From positions 25,556,070 through 25,620,069 of the forward strand of contig NC_092671.1 of assembly GCF_964355755.1 (NCBI RefSeq): a stretch of DNA of 64,000 nucleotides. The letters run 5' to 3'. Source of the stretch: Antedon mediterranea. Taxonomy: Eukaryota; Animalia; Echinodermata. The position numbers were made by a program, and so were the translations under genes. Below the pieces are notes generated by a model that saw nothing but the letters and a program-made list of their open reading frames with translations, did not search any database and was not told where the DNA came from. Below are positions 37,801 to 49,114 of this stretch, one piece after another (position 1 is the stretch's first letter; the number at the start of each line of letters is the position of its first letter).

Positions 37801-38911
37801 AAAGAAAACAAGTCTTACAAATATCAAAGGATGTTACATTTAAATTATTTATTTATTCCAATACCAGTGGCATAACAGCTATAATCGCTCTTGGCCTCAG
37901 AGCTTGAGGGGCTTTTGAGCACAAAATATGTTGAAAAAATAATGCCCTTTAAAACTCTTAGTTTCCAGCTTTTAGGGCTGCTAAAGGCCATAACACAGAT
38001 GCCAAATACCCCTTTGGTATGCCACTGTCTAATACTGTACACTTGCTAAAGGCATTGCTTCAAAGCTGAAGAATTGTTCATTTAATTTTGTCATTATTGT
38101 CATAAAATAAAAACATAAATTTTACCTGGAACAGAAAAAATCCTGTGTCTAGCAATGTCTTCATACACTTCATGGGAGTTGCTGGCCTCCTAAAAACCCA
38201 AACAAATTTAAATAAGCATGCATTATAGTATGTTGATGGTGAAGAAGCATGAAACTCTTAAAAGCAAGACTCTGAAAAAAGTGTCCTCTTAGAGGTTAGC
38301 CATTTATGAAAAGCAAACTTGTTTAGCGTATATCACTGATATTTTTATACTGTAATTAAGCAATAATGTATATATACTATATCCTTGCAATAAGACTATA
38401 TTTTTTATACTTTACATTTACATATTTTTATATTTTCTTATTGCGATAATTTTGTTTAATGATGACTATTACTTTACTTGTCTTTTGAATGTATATTTTC
38501 CCTTACCATGCAATTCAGCAGATTTGCTGCCAATTGGTTTGTTTTTAATAAAGAGAGATAATAAAGCATTGTACAGAATAAGTGAATATGTGAGGACAAT
38601 TTGTTTACATAATAGAAAATAAAACCCAATAATTTATTTTATAGTCTCTTTGAATAAATGATTAGATAATACATATTGTTATATATTGTTTTATAGGTAG
38701 ATATATTTCAATTTAAATATGGTAAAATAAATATGCAATGTGTTTGGTTATTACACTTTATATTAAAAGAGAGAAAAAAAAATTGAATGTAAAAAATATT
38801 TTTTAAATAAAACTCGGTAATATGTAAATTTCAAAAGTTGGTCTCTTTGAATGACTAGATCATTAGAAATTGATTACAAGTTCCTATTAATAAGAAAAGC
38901 GTACTTGCCAT
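22614..38911 (-). CDS. ARHGAP1: Rho GTPase-activating protein, ARHGAP1/ARHGAP8 family (BCH/CRAL-TRIO + RhoGAP), ~409 aa: join(38911..38909?,38189..38126,33157..33067,28691..28560,28122..27937,27081..26947,25859..25786,24591..24385,23485..23376,22841..22614)
   Basis: Nine phase-consistent GT-AG exons: YEDIARHRIF, YTLDKHVEEDYTL..QHGLT, KYKKNLKRLYIVHP, QQFGVSLQ, EGIFRRSP (Arg finger), LKLFFKELPEP, NKMSATNLAVVFGPNL. The start exon is uncertain. Confidence 0.93.
23376..23485 (-). CDS. ARHGAP1: RhoGAP copy A exon (110 bp)
   Basis: tttag|AT…GAT|gtaag; IPDENIRVEICRHLISEKIPDDNYIVLDYLMQLLLD. Confidence 0.9.
23640..23742. repeat. ~51-bp direct tandem duplication (2 copies)
   Basis: agaaaatga.tataatggcatatgtagaaggtctcaccaaaa(a)tgaatatc occurs twice. 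Confidence 0.8.
24385..24591 (-). CDS. ARHGAP1: RhoGAP copy A exon (207 bp), contains the arginine finger
   Basis: ccag|GG…TAT G|gtgag; LAVEGIFRRSPN…KELPEPILSNELYPH. Confidence 0.93.
25786..25859 (-). CDS. ARHGAP1: RhoGAP copy A exon (74 bp)
   Basis: ctag|T…G|gtgag; LKDNNDGNPVPLVIQETIAYIREN. Confidence 0.9.
26947..27081 (-). CDS. ARHGAP1: RhoGAP copy A exon (135 bp), linker
   Basis: ctag|G…TT|gtaag; YEQNEL…HPTTQQFGVSLQ. Confidence 0.9.
27346..27634 (+). mobile_element. 5S rRNA-derived SINE (SINE3-like) or 5S pseudogene with a unique body and poly-A tail
   Basis: Head TACCACGTTGAAACAACAGTTCTTGTCAGATCACCGAAGTTAAG…GGGCCCG resembles 5S rRNA; ~180-bp body; A-tail; imperfect flanking repeat tcatctcaac/tcatcttaac. 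Confidence 0.7.
27937..28122 (-). CDS. ARHGAP1: RhoGAP copy A exon (186 bp), BCH domain
   Basis: ttag|A…AG|gtttgt; YKKNLKRLYIVHPSFW…QIPEEIR. Confidence 0.92.
28560..28691 (-). CDS. ARHGAP1: RhoGAP copy A exon (132 bp), BCH domain
   Basis: ttcag|G…AA|gtaag; YMKYTLDKHVEEDYTLIVFQHGLTWKNSPSFRWLAQAYNELER. Confidence 0.92.
29380..29745. repeat. Degenerate minisatellite (gattg[c/g]tggtgg[t/c]gctac subunits, ~63-bp higher-order unit)
   Basis: Visible tandem repeats inside a RhoGAP intron, fading leftwards to ~29000. Confidence 0.75.
31337..31780. repeat. Minisatellite of ~17-18-bp AATAGAGGTGTCCCC(T)T units
   Basis: About 25 imperfect units; related short remnants at ~51230, ~53165 and ~59550. Confidence 0.85.
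33067..33157 (-). CDS. ARHGAP1: RhoGAP copy A exon (91 bp; 94 bp if the alternative acceptor at 33160 is used)
   Basis: tagcag|GA…CA|gtaag; VDRIYGGKLILFFCSRLPASNEIDHTRML. Confidence 0.88.
33478..34597 (+). mobile_element. Truncated, frameshifted Rex1/L2-group LINE in a RhoGAP intron
   Basis: GAPQGCVISPILF, KYADD, LNITKTKEMIIDFR, YKYLG, QRLYFLRKL, THPLH; (TCTTGAA) tail. Confidence 0.87.
35270..35981 (+). mobile_element. 3' fragment of an L2/CR1-group LINE with a (CAAT)n tail
   Basis: ALIQCTFDYSASAWY, KLQTAQNKMARFIL, HNHFTRG, DWNRLP; AATAAA followed by (caat)5. Confidence 0.8.
36855..37601. mobile_element. Foldback-type non-autonomous DNA element with internally repeated arms (GGCCGAGTTGAC units)
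   Basis: gtcaactcggcc x2 plus aagtatggaacgcaaaaagtgc on the left; its reverse complement plus ~8 tandem ~17-bp units on the right. The left arm is truncated. Confidence 0.65.
38126..38189 (-). CDS. ARHGAP1: RhoGAP copy A exon (64 bp)
   Basis: tttttag|GAG…G|gtaaa; EASNSHEVYEDIARHRIFSVP. Confidence 0.87.
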
Positions 38912-39137
38912 TTTGTTTGCAGCAAAACAAATCTGAGTTCACTTATTCCGAAGAAATAGACAGCATTTGACGTTGACTTAATTTCATCCAGCACATTCAA
39001 GTAAGCCGCATTGGCAGGCAATAAATAAATACGTTTAACACTCTGTTACGCTCGGTGAACTGCATAGAATGAGATAAATGATTGAATTTGAGACATAAAA
39101 ATTGTAAAGAACGATTAAGTGCGTGCACAGCTGAAAC
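38909..39137 (-). other. Candidate 5'UTR exon ending in the start ATG (GC donor)
   Basis: Acceptor tattttcccag at 39138; ends ACAAAATG|gcaagt, phase 0 into the 38189 exon. Confidence 0.45.
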
Positions 39138-40183
39138 CTGGGAAAATAGATAGTTAGATAGTAGATAGAAATCAATATGCAATGTAAACGACCACTACTC
39201 AAGCTAAAGCTCTCTATACATGTGCAGCGAATTTAAAGAATGTCTGTAGCATATACATGAAATAATATGGACATTTCGTACCGCTATCAATAAAGTATTC
39301 ATATGTATCACACTGACAAGTGGATCATGTATTAGTTTTAAAGAAATGGAAAGCAAGATACATCTGGGCACACCACTCAGCAGTGACATTGGAATTGAAT
39401 AAAAACCATTTATTGATTAAACAATCCGATTGGTTGATGAACATTGAGGAGTTCATAGATCATGCGGATGATTGGTTAATATATCTTGGCTACATACTGT
39501 AATTTTGTGTGTGGGTGAATCTCTGCTGTAAAACATGTGGGTGTGTAAATGAATTAGTTGGCGTTCTAAATTGGATTTCTTCTGCAAAATCTTACATGCC
39601 TCACAAGAAATTATTTTAATTAAGGCAATGCAAACAATATCAAGACCATGAATTAAATGTTCTGACACACTTAAAACAGAGGACAGCTCTAGCTCTGTTT
39701 ACGCTATACGCTATAAAAAAAGTGTGATATGCCCAAATATGGTAGTGATGTGACATCATCATGTCCTATATGGGCACATCACATGTTTTTGTCACATACT
39801 GTTTGATAGTATACATAGACAGACCCTTAGAAAGAGTGGCCTATACATGCACCCACACATACCATCTATATATAAATTATGCTTAATTCTGACATACTGT
39901 AGGCGAGCACAATGGAAAAACTTTGGGACAAATCACCGCCTTCGATACATACCATCTATCTCTCATACATATACTGTATGTTTATTTTAAAATGAATTTT
40001 GATTTAAAATGAAAATATAGCTTTCCCTAATGCATAGCATGTAAAATTACTTGTTGACAGCAATCTGCGGCCAATTAAGCAATCTTAAGATGTTGTTCAC
40101 ATTCAATTTATCAATAAATAACTTTTCTGATAATCTAGCAAGAAAACTATAACCTTTAAAAATGAAGTGTTGATGGAAATTGC

Positions 40184-40695
40184 TAAAGCTTTGTTCACGT
40201 CAGACAAAAAAGGATAAATTTGACCATTTCTTTAAATTCATATGCTTAGTTTTACCGTGGAGGAAGTCCTCCATGGTTTAACCAGGTTAAAAAAAAAAAT
40301 TTAAAGTCTCAATTGCACTGGACGTAATTTGTTCAAAAACAATGTCACTGTCTATTTCACCAAGAAAACCCCAATCCTAACACTGGCTACAATTCCCTTA
40401 GGGTTAAATGCAACTCCAATGGTCACTTTTACTGACCACTGCCTGCCCAGTAGAAGACTTTATTATTATGGTCTCAGTAAAGCTATAGCATTCTGGCTAA
40501 AAGTCCAATCTGAACATACTTTATGCGACTGAGGTAAACACATGAACTTTACCATCACTGTTAAATTTTGGTAAAACTATGGGTGAAACTAACTGTGTAA
40601 AAATATATCCAAGTGCGAACAATTTTCAAATTTACAGATGACATTTGTTATAAAATGACCTTTTATTTTTTAAGTCCAGTGTGAACTAGGGTTAC
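40184..40695. mobile_element. MITE-like element (…TTGTTCAC / GTGAACTAGG termini); a second copy is split by the L2 element (41187..41203 + ~43078..43427)
   Basis: The core gaccactgcctgcccagta…atggtct..gtaaa and gttaaattttggtaa is shared with 43078-43427. Confidence 0.6.
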
Positions 40696-41202
40696 TCTCT
40701 GACATGGCTTGGAGTTTCCCAAAGTCACATGTTCATTAAACTTAGGCAGTCCCAAGTCTGTAATTATTGTCTTTTTTATGTTAGTCCACTACCAGTTGGC
40801 ATTTCAAACAATTTGAACTAAAGTATCATGCATATGAAATGCCACATGTGCGAAGAACATAAAAACTTATTAAGATACTCAGTTAATTTGCAAGGAAAGA
40901 CTGGTATGTAAAATATACATGGACTATACATGCAGTATCAGTATCCTGAAGGCATTCAGCATAAAAGCAAAACTAGAACTTCATTTTAAAGATCAAGGCT
41001 ATAAATCAATGGAAATTTAACATTTGTGGATCTTAAATGGCAAATGTGAATCTCAATGCAGTGTAAGTTTAAAAACAAAATAAACATACCATAGTCAAAT
41101 GTATTTTATAGTTTTTTATATTCCAATTTAAATATTTTGAATACCATTTTATTATACTTACTAATGAAACCTATAAATCTTAATTCTGCAATCACACTGG
41201 AC

Positions 41203-43077
41203 TTAATAATAATAATAATAAATGAAAACTTATATAGCGCCGGTATCCTCCACCCATGTGGCGCTCATGGCGCTTTGTGCATTAACAACGTGCGAGAACA
41301 TCAGCGAATAGCGACGTCTTTAGATTGGTCTTGAAACTGTTTAGACTAGTTGAGCATTTAACTGTTGCTGGTAAGCTGTTCCATACACTTGCGGCCGCAA
41401 CGTAAAAAGATCTCTGACCCCACTGATTTTTCGCTCTACGCTCTTGAAGAAGGTTTTGTGACAATGATCGTAGGCCTCTGCGGGATGATTCGTAACGATC
41501 CACAAGGTCAGATAAATAAGCAGGAGCACTGTCATTTAGGATCTTGAATACAAACAACGCAAGTTTGTACTTAATACGTTGTTGAACAGGCAACCAATGC
41601 AAATCCATCAGGACAGGAGTTATGTGAGCGTTTGATTTTGTATAAGTTACAATTCTAGCTGCCATATTTTGCAAGCGCTGCAAACGTTGTATTTGAGATT
41701 TTGGTATGCCAAACAACAAGGCATTACCAATGTCAATTTTAGAAGTGACAAATGAGTGTACAATCAATTCAGCTGTTTTCTTGTTAAGATTACCGCGAAT
41801 ACGACCAAGGTTCCTAATCGATATGCATGCTGCTTTGGATACAGTTGTTATTTGTGCTTCCATAGTGAGATTACTATCCAGCATGATTCCCAGATTCCGG
41901 ACCACCGATGAGGGAGCGATGTTAGAGTTTCCGATTCTGATATGTGTGATGTTGATTTTGGAGATGTTACATTTAGACCCGACGATAATAAACTCTGTCT
42001 TTCCATCATTCAACTTTAGGTAATTTGTTGTCATCCAATTGCGAACATCTTCTATACAGGCTTCCATCTTACTGATTGCTGCAGCAACATCCCTTTGCAC
42101 TGGATTTACTGACACATAAATCTGTGTATCATCTGCATAGAAATGGAAATGTAGACTGTGTTTGCGAATAATGTCACCAAGGGGAAGCGTATAAATGGAA
42201 AACTGGCCAGGCCCAATTACTGACCCCTGTGGTACACCATATTCCAGGCAAGCTTCATCTGAGAATGCATCATTGATACAGACTAGCTGACGTCTTCCTG
42301 TAAGATATGACTGGAACCAGTTAAGAGCAACACCATTTATGCCAATGCGATTTCTCAGACGGGTTATCAGTCTTTGGTGATCAACTGTATCAAACGCTGC
42401 TGACAAATCCAACAACACCAATAGCGTTATTTTCCCATCATTCTGTACCTTTAAAAGGGAACTCTCCGTGCTATGACATGCACGATATGCCGACTGGTAA
42501 TTCTCATTTAAATTATGCTTTTGAAGATATGGAGTAATGCGTGATGTCACTACACGCTCCAGAGTCTTTCCAAGAAAAGAAAGATTCGACACCGGGCGGT
42601 AATTTTTCAGCGTGTTATGATCCAAGTTTTGCTTTTTTATTAAAGGACGAACGTGAGCAATTTTCAGTTCATCTGGCACTATGCCGGTATTAAGAGAATG
42701 GTTAATGATTTCTGTTATTATTGGAACGACTGCGTCTATACACTTCTTCAGTATAGAAGTAGGAACTGGATCTAACCTGCATGATTTTGTTGGTGATTTC
42801 ATCAGAATGTTGCGGATCTCATCTTGAGATGCTGGTGTAAATGTTGTGAGATGCTGATGAACAGCTGTCACAGGCTCATTAAATGACATGTCATCAATCT
42901 TGAAGTCGTCTCTGATGATCTTGATCTTGTCTGTGAAAAAACTGACAGAACCTGTTCGCAAGATCTAAGTCAGAAAGACTATCTGGGAGAGGTGATACCA
43001 CCTGGCGATGATGAAGGAGTTGGTTAACAATTTTAAAAAGTCCTTTCTGATCTGCTGCATGTGACTTAATCTTGTCA
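41203..43077 (-). mobile_element. 5'-truncated L2-clade LINE
   Basis: 559-aa open RT ORF; L2-type 3' end GGCGCTATATAAG followed by a (TTA)n tail. Confidence 0.92.
41282..42961 (-). CDS. L2 ORF2 reverse transcriptase (partial, no endonuclease domain)
   Basis: KSCRLDP, NYRPVSNL, QSAYR..HSTE, LDLSAAFDTVDH, GVPQGSV.GP, FYADDTQ.Y, LHWLPV, FK..LKT.LF. Confidence 0.88.
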   Translation of the reverse strand: MRTGSVSFFTDKIKIIRDDFKIDDMSFNEPVTAVHQHLTTFTPASQDEIRNILMKSPTKSCRLDPVPTSILKKCIDAVVPIITEIINHSLNTGIVPDELKIAHVRPLIKKQNLDHNTLKNYRPVSNLSFLGKTLERVVTSRITPYLQKHNLNENYQSAYRACHSTESSLLKVQNDGKITLLVLLDLSAAFDTVDHQRLITRLRNRIGINGVALNWFQSYLTGRRQLVCINDAFSDEACLEYGVPQGSVIGPGQFSIYTLPLGDIIRKHSLHFHFYADDTQIYVSVNPVQRDVAAAISKMEACIEDVRNWMTTNYLKLNDGKTEFIIVGSKCNISKINITHIRIGNSNIAPSSVVRNLGIMLDSNLTMEAQITTVSKAACISIRNLGRIRGNLNKKTAELIVHSFVTSKIDIGNALLFGIPKSQIQRLQRLQNMAARIVTYTKSNAHITPVLMDLHWLPVQQRIKYKLALFVFKILNDSAPAYLSDLVDRYESSRRGLRSLSQNLLQERRAKNQWGQRSFYVAAASVWNSLPATVKCSTSLNSFKTNLKTSLFADVLARC

Positions 43078-45383
43078 AATTAACCAAGTTGCGGCTAAGT
43101 GACCAAGAAAAGTCTATTCTGAACACTCATGGCTACAATCCCCACACGGTTAAATTAACCAAGTACAATAGCTACTTTTCCCGACCACTGCCTGCCCAGT
43201 ATAACTTACCATGGTCTTGGTAAAATTAACCATGCGGTTAAAAAGTTCAATCCGAACATGCAACTCATGCTAACACATGCGAGTCAATCGTTGTTTTTAA
43301 CATCGCAGTTAAATTTTGGTAACATTACGATAAAACTAAAATATCAAAGGGCAAACGATGGTCAAATCTTCCGATGACTTTGGGTAAAGCTACTATGGTT
43401 AAATTGACCAGTGCGAACAAGGCTTAAAACAGATAATCAAATAAAGCCATAATTATTTGCTGTTTTTTTACTTTTTAAAGTAGCTATTCTATATAGTCAC
43501 ACTGCATGAATTTAGTAGTTTTTTGGATGTGGTTTTCACGACAGGATTTTTTTGCAAAACCAAATTACAGCTCATGGGTTTTAAAACGTTTGTAATATCC
43601 TAATACTCGAGTATAATCCTTCCCCAGTGGTTAACTTTTGACACAAGACTTTGGGATTAAAGTAATATCACGGTATTATCCATATTCCACTCCCCACCCA
43701 CCTCCCCCACCCCACTATACTCTATGATAGGTAGAAGTTAAAAAATGGTACATTGGAAACAAAAGAAAGGTGACCTATAGGGAGAAATCGGTTGACATTA
43801 GGGAGACAAATAACATATACATTAACGGTATATCTAGAGATTTATATATACATATATCATCTTTAGATGACAATAATATGCAATAAAAATTCAAATACAT
43901 AATTGAAGAATTCTTTTTTTATTATTTATTTTTTATACATTCAACAGAATAGAAAATAAATAAATTCCTGTACAGAAAAAATATGTTTAAAAAGGCAAAA
44001 AAGTAAAAAAGTTACTTAAAGAGCAAATGACAATTAAATGAAAAAAAACCTTATAGTCTCGAAATATAACAATATTAATTACTAATAAAAAAATACAAAA
44101 TTAAAATCATTTCAATTTGTGACAGAAGATATTTTAAACCACAAATTGGTACAAGAAATCAATTATTTATTAATTTGAAATGGTTGAGATCAGGAAATCT
44201 GTGAGCATGAGAAAAGTGGCCCCATTAGGCCACTGGAGCTTCACAGTTTGGTTCTTGGACAGCGTGGAACAACACTTAGTCCTCAAATATATGTATGCAC
44301 AACAAAAACTAAGTGATACTCGTTAATTCAGTATATTAATTCACAAGAATTAACCGTGATGAGGAAATCTGCGAGGATGAGAAAAAAACCACCCCAACAA
44401 AAATTAAAACCCAGAACCATATGCATATATGCGCCTTACCATTTAGACCAGTGGGGCTTTCATGGTAGGGTGGATAGCATTGTACAATTGAACAACATTA
44501 GTCCTCCACAGAAATAAAATTGAAATGCCCTCATCTTACAGTATTGCCATATGATTTAGTAAACACAACATCTATGAAAGTTGGACTTTAATAGCTTTCT
44601 GGGCTGCCAGGCATAACTGATTGTGGGTCACAAAAGGCAAATTAGCCTGTTATTTACACCCACACCCAACAAGTTTCAAGTATATTAATTCACAAGATGG
44701 GATATCTAAAAGATACATTTTATATGTATAAATTTGAAATCAAAGTCCTAAAAAATTCCTGAAATTATTTCCAATGAAGGTAAAATGGAAGATGTAAATC
44801 ATATAATGACAAATGGAGCTGCAGGTCATTTAATTTGACATTTATCCTATGTCATTGTGTGACAATTGCAATGGGATGAAATATAGTTGTATTTTCGATA
44901 CTTTTATCGTAAAATCGTAAACAACTCATAGCATATTGCCAATTTATTTATTTCAATTTCATTACAGTTTGAAAACACCAGCAATGGTAATAAGGCTAGA
45001 ATATGCAATACTAATAAACATTAAACTAGAAATCCTATAGGAGGTGTATAAGTAGTACAGATTAAATAAAAATATGTAAGAACTTTAATTGAAAATATTT
45101 TTCTATGTCAAATATTTATGGAATTAAACCAGATAAGTTATAACAATGAAATCAGTAACAACTATGTTCACTTGCATATAAAAAGGCACTATAATAACAT
45201 TTATATTTTCTATTGTATTATGAAATATGCCAATGATTCGCATTGTGAAAACATCCCGACATCTCTTGGACAGCTGACCACTTGGACAATAACATAATTA
45301 GATACTGTATGCTACATAATTTCTTTTTCACTATTTGGGTTGCAAAGTCGAGTTATCGATTGTACATCTTACACAAAACAATA

Positions 45384-45504
45384 CTTACTTGGTTACATAC
45401 TTGGTAGATAAGCTTTGTAGTCCTATACTTGGTTACATACTTGGTAGATAAGCTTTGTAGTCCTATACTTGGTTACATACTTGGTAGATAAGCTTTGTAG
45501 TCCT
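45384..45504. repeat. 40-bp tandem repeat x3
   Basis: tacttggttacatacttggtagataagctttgtagtcct(a) occurs three times. Confidence 0.85.
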
Positions 45505-46964
45505 TGAGGAAGGACCCTCAATTTCTTTGTTTAGTAAGTAAGTAGTAAGTTTTATTTAGAAATTATATCTTCTGATAATTTGTTCCAATCGTAACATAAT
45601 TCTATTTTCAAAAAATTGCCTGCCTTTTGCAAATATTTAATGAGTGGCCTCTCAAGCCTTCTCTATGTGGAAGAGAGAAGGTGTCCCCTATATATAGGGG
45701 TTCTAAGCTGTATATATCATTACAGCATCACATATATACCATATTTATTTGAATAAATGCCCCACTTTGATTAAACTTCCCTTTGAATTTAAATGTACCT
45801 CCCAACCCCCCACTTAATAAAACATCGCTTGGAATAAACGCCACATGCAATATTTTGTGTATACACACAATTTCTAACTCATTTCTATTTGTATTTGCAT
45901 CAATGATGTATAATTTACCAATCATTTAGATACAATTTTTATCAGTTCTTTGATATTAATTGTGCTGTAATTTTTCAAATCTAATTTATTTGTTAATTTT
46001 ACATTGATTATTACCATATTACAAAAAAATAATAAATAAACGCCTTCCTTGAATAAACTCTCAGGGCATTTATTCAAATATGGTAATAAATAATTGTCAA
46101 TTTAAAGCAATTGAAGATGTTGTTTTAATCGGTTAAATTGCATACAGTAGAGCTTGATTGGAAGTAAAATCTTAATAAAAAGATTCAAATGTTAATTCAA
46201 AGTTTAAAGGGTTAAATTTAACAACTTTTCTTTAGTTCAAAAACAGTAATAAAAATCAACATTTCTCTAGATATTGATTGATTTAATATTAAACAGAATT
46301 ACCTATGCAATAAATTATACATTAAAAGTGTATCAATTTTACAGAGTAAAGGCATTACGAACAAGTCCGATTACTATTACAGTGCACAGCGAGTTGAAAA
46401 CGAGCATAAAAGGGTCATACACCATCTCAGAGAACATTAGCACTGTGTACAGTTAATCAAAATCTACTCATGATAGCCGAAGGAGGCTTAGTATAGAAAT
46501 GGCAAAGGCTAATGATAGTGTGGGAAGATGCAACCATATGGATGATGTCTTTTCATGCACCCGTAGGCGACAACCCAATTGATAACAACCGTGAACATCA
46601 AATATTTGTTTCTTCAAACTTTTTTATTTTAATAACTATGTACATATTTTGTATTTTTATGATTTGTTTTCTTAGAATTTTAAAGACAAATCTGTATTAA
46701 ATTTCCTAAATATATTTTTAACATTAAAGATGTACTGTAATATTGAAATAAGTTTAAAATAGTATACTTAGCATAACAGTAGAATAGCTCCTTTGAGCCT
46801 CTATATTCAGGGGACAACCTTATTTGCAACCGGTTTGTACAGAAAAAAACTATGTTTTGTCAACAATTTCACCAGCAAATTTAAACCAAAAGTTAAACAA
46901 ATTCAGAAAGAAATTTTGAATGATGCCTGCATGTGCTACATGTATGTGTGAGAAAATACATTGT

Positions 46965-47230
46965 GAGAGCTGGTATAAAGCACAGTGTGTACAACGTTGG
47001 AGGAGATCAGGGGTTGATCAGTCCAACATTCATCGTATTAATTGTGTTCTTTATAAGTTTACTTAATACGTTTGCCCCTCTGCACCAGGGTGTGCAAATG
47101 GGTACCTGGTAAGATCAAAACATATCTACGCTGATTACTAGCTGCAACATTTGAAGTATGTTTCCAAAATGACTGTGGTAATATTGTTTAAAGCACATTG
47201 AGATGCACCATAAATGAACTATATTATTAT
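46965..47230 (+). mobile_element. Old SINE with an L2-like tail
   Basis: Core tgcccctctgcaccagggtgtgcaaatgggtacctgg; tail taaagcacattgag…tattattat. Confidence 0.45.
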
Positions 47231-48439
47231 GTGTGCATGAGATGTAAAATAGGAACACTTATACGTGGTAATCATGCTTTATGGAAAGTCATAGGATACA
47301 TTAAATGTTGTTCACATTGCATTTTGGCACCTTCTTTGAGTAAAAGGCTATTATTTTCAATTTATTTAATTTAACCTATAAATGTGTGTTGAAATATTGA
47401 ATCCCAGCACATATTGGTGTTTAGCAATTGTTAGTAATGATGATGACCTAATAAAGTGTAGTAAACATATTGATCTTTATGATATGTGTTGAATATTGAT
47501 TTCAAGAAGATGTTTATATGTATTTAAAAACAAAAGATGCCCTGATTTATTTTTAAAATAACATAAATCAATTCTGTCAGAGACTGAATTTATTTGATTA
47601 TTGAGACCTACTTTATTGAGGGAGGGATATTTTATTGTATCATTTTGCCCAATATGTTTTACTTCCGTGGATGCTTATTTTGACTAGCATCATTGAAATT
47701 AGGCTGACATGTTACTTTAACCATGGAGGAACATGCTTTAACCAAGATAGGGAGTTGAGATCCTACCTTGAGAGAGACAAAGACATGTCTGGTAGCGACA
47801 GATGAAGACTTCATGTTTTACTATTTTATGGGCATTAGAAGTGTAAAACTCAATGTAATTCGAGCAAATAAAATATTTTATTTATATATATTCATGAGTT
47901 TAGTTGTGTTCCAATAGACGGCTAAACAATGTATCCAATCTTTGGTCTATTCCTTTGACATTTATGTTCGACTCACAACAATTCTATATACTTGGCTTTA
48001 ACACTGACTAAATAGAGTAAGTTGGATCTTATAATATATTATAAAACACCTGTATCCTTGCAATTTGATTGGTTAATTACACAATGGTCAAATCACCGGC
48101 ATTCATAAAAAAATAGTTATAATTATATCATCATTTTGGTGCACATGCTGCTTCCTTAATCTCAAATTTGTTCTGCACTTGTTCTTCTTTTACTTAACTC
48201 TGAAGTAAAATTTACATTGATAAGACAAAACTGACCAGGATTACATTTAATTTACCATACTATTCTCATGATCTGTTTAAAATACCTGGCAAGATCAATT
48301 AAAGTTACAATGTAATTGAGCAGCTAGAAGATTAATTGTGAGTAACACACAGTACTGGCATAGGAAGGATCTTGTTATAAACATCTCTTAGTCTAGCAAG
48401 TATAAAGTGTTCACTGTATTAGCGAATTCAAACAGATGA

Positions 48440-48711
48440 ATACATTAACCGTTTATTCACATCTTAATCACATTAGCAGAATTACTCGAGGACATCACCT
48501 GAGATTTTTCAAGCCTATTTTCCATAAAGGATGGAACTGTAGAAGACATACCTTCTTGCAACGAGTAATAAACCATTGGAACAGTTTACCAGCTGACGTT
48601 GTTAATTCTGAGACCACTAACACCTTCAAGAATCGCATCGACACAATGTAGTTTATATGGGGTTAAAAAGGCACTCGCCTAAACTTTCCCATTATAACTA
48701 AACTAAACTAA
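48440..48711 (+). mobile_element. 3' end of a CR1-type LINE with an (AACTA)n tail
   Basis: TRGHHLR…RRHTFLQRVINHWNSLPADVVNS.T.NTFKNRID. Confidence 0.78.
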
Positions 48712-48819
48712 TCTAGAAATGTTTAAAACTAAAGTTTTAAAATTTCTAGATTATGACATGTACAAAATTCTTTTGTATTAAAAAATATATTCAACAGTCT
48801 TTAACTTATGTAAATGATT

Positions 48820-49114
48820 TAATACCCTTTTCACATCTGCATAAATAATTTGCAACATAGTTTTATTACAGGAAAATGGAAACTTGAGAAATCTCGAAAG
48901 AAAGTATAGTTTGGCGTTATTTGATTACTATGATTGGTCAGTTTAATTAATTAAATAACACATGTGCAACTCGGGACATCTCGGAACAAAAAAACATGGC
49001 CTCTTATATGTGTGTTTTTGTGAAATCTCGGGAGATTTTCCACAAAATTGTCTTCACATTGAAAACGTGGTTACAAATTAATTGTTATTTTGCAGATGTG
49101 AAAAAAGGGTATTA
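48820..49114. mobile_element. MITE with TAATACCCTTTTCACATCTGCA TIRs
   Basis: The right end tgcagatgtgaaaaaagggtatta is the reverse complement of the left end. Confidence 0.7.

Noticed and set aside
41341-42023. Short ORFs overlapping the L2 RT (likewise 8169..8375, 9921..10175, 18069..18251, 33808..34011, 15041..15280)
   Set aside because: Antisense or alternate-frame shadows of transposon coding sequence.
44180-44510. tRNA-like fragments (also ~355-420 and ~30670-30775)
   Set aside because: Too decayed to fold or classify; probably old SINE remnants.
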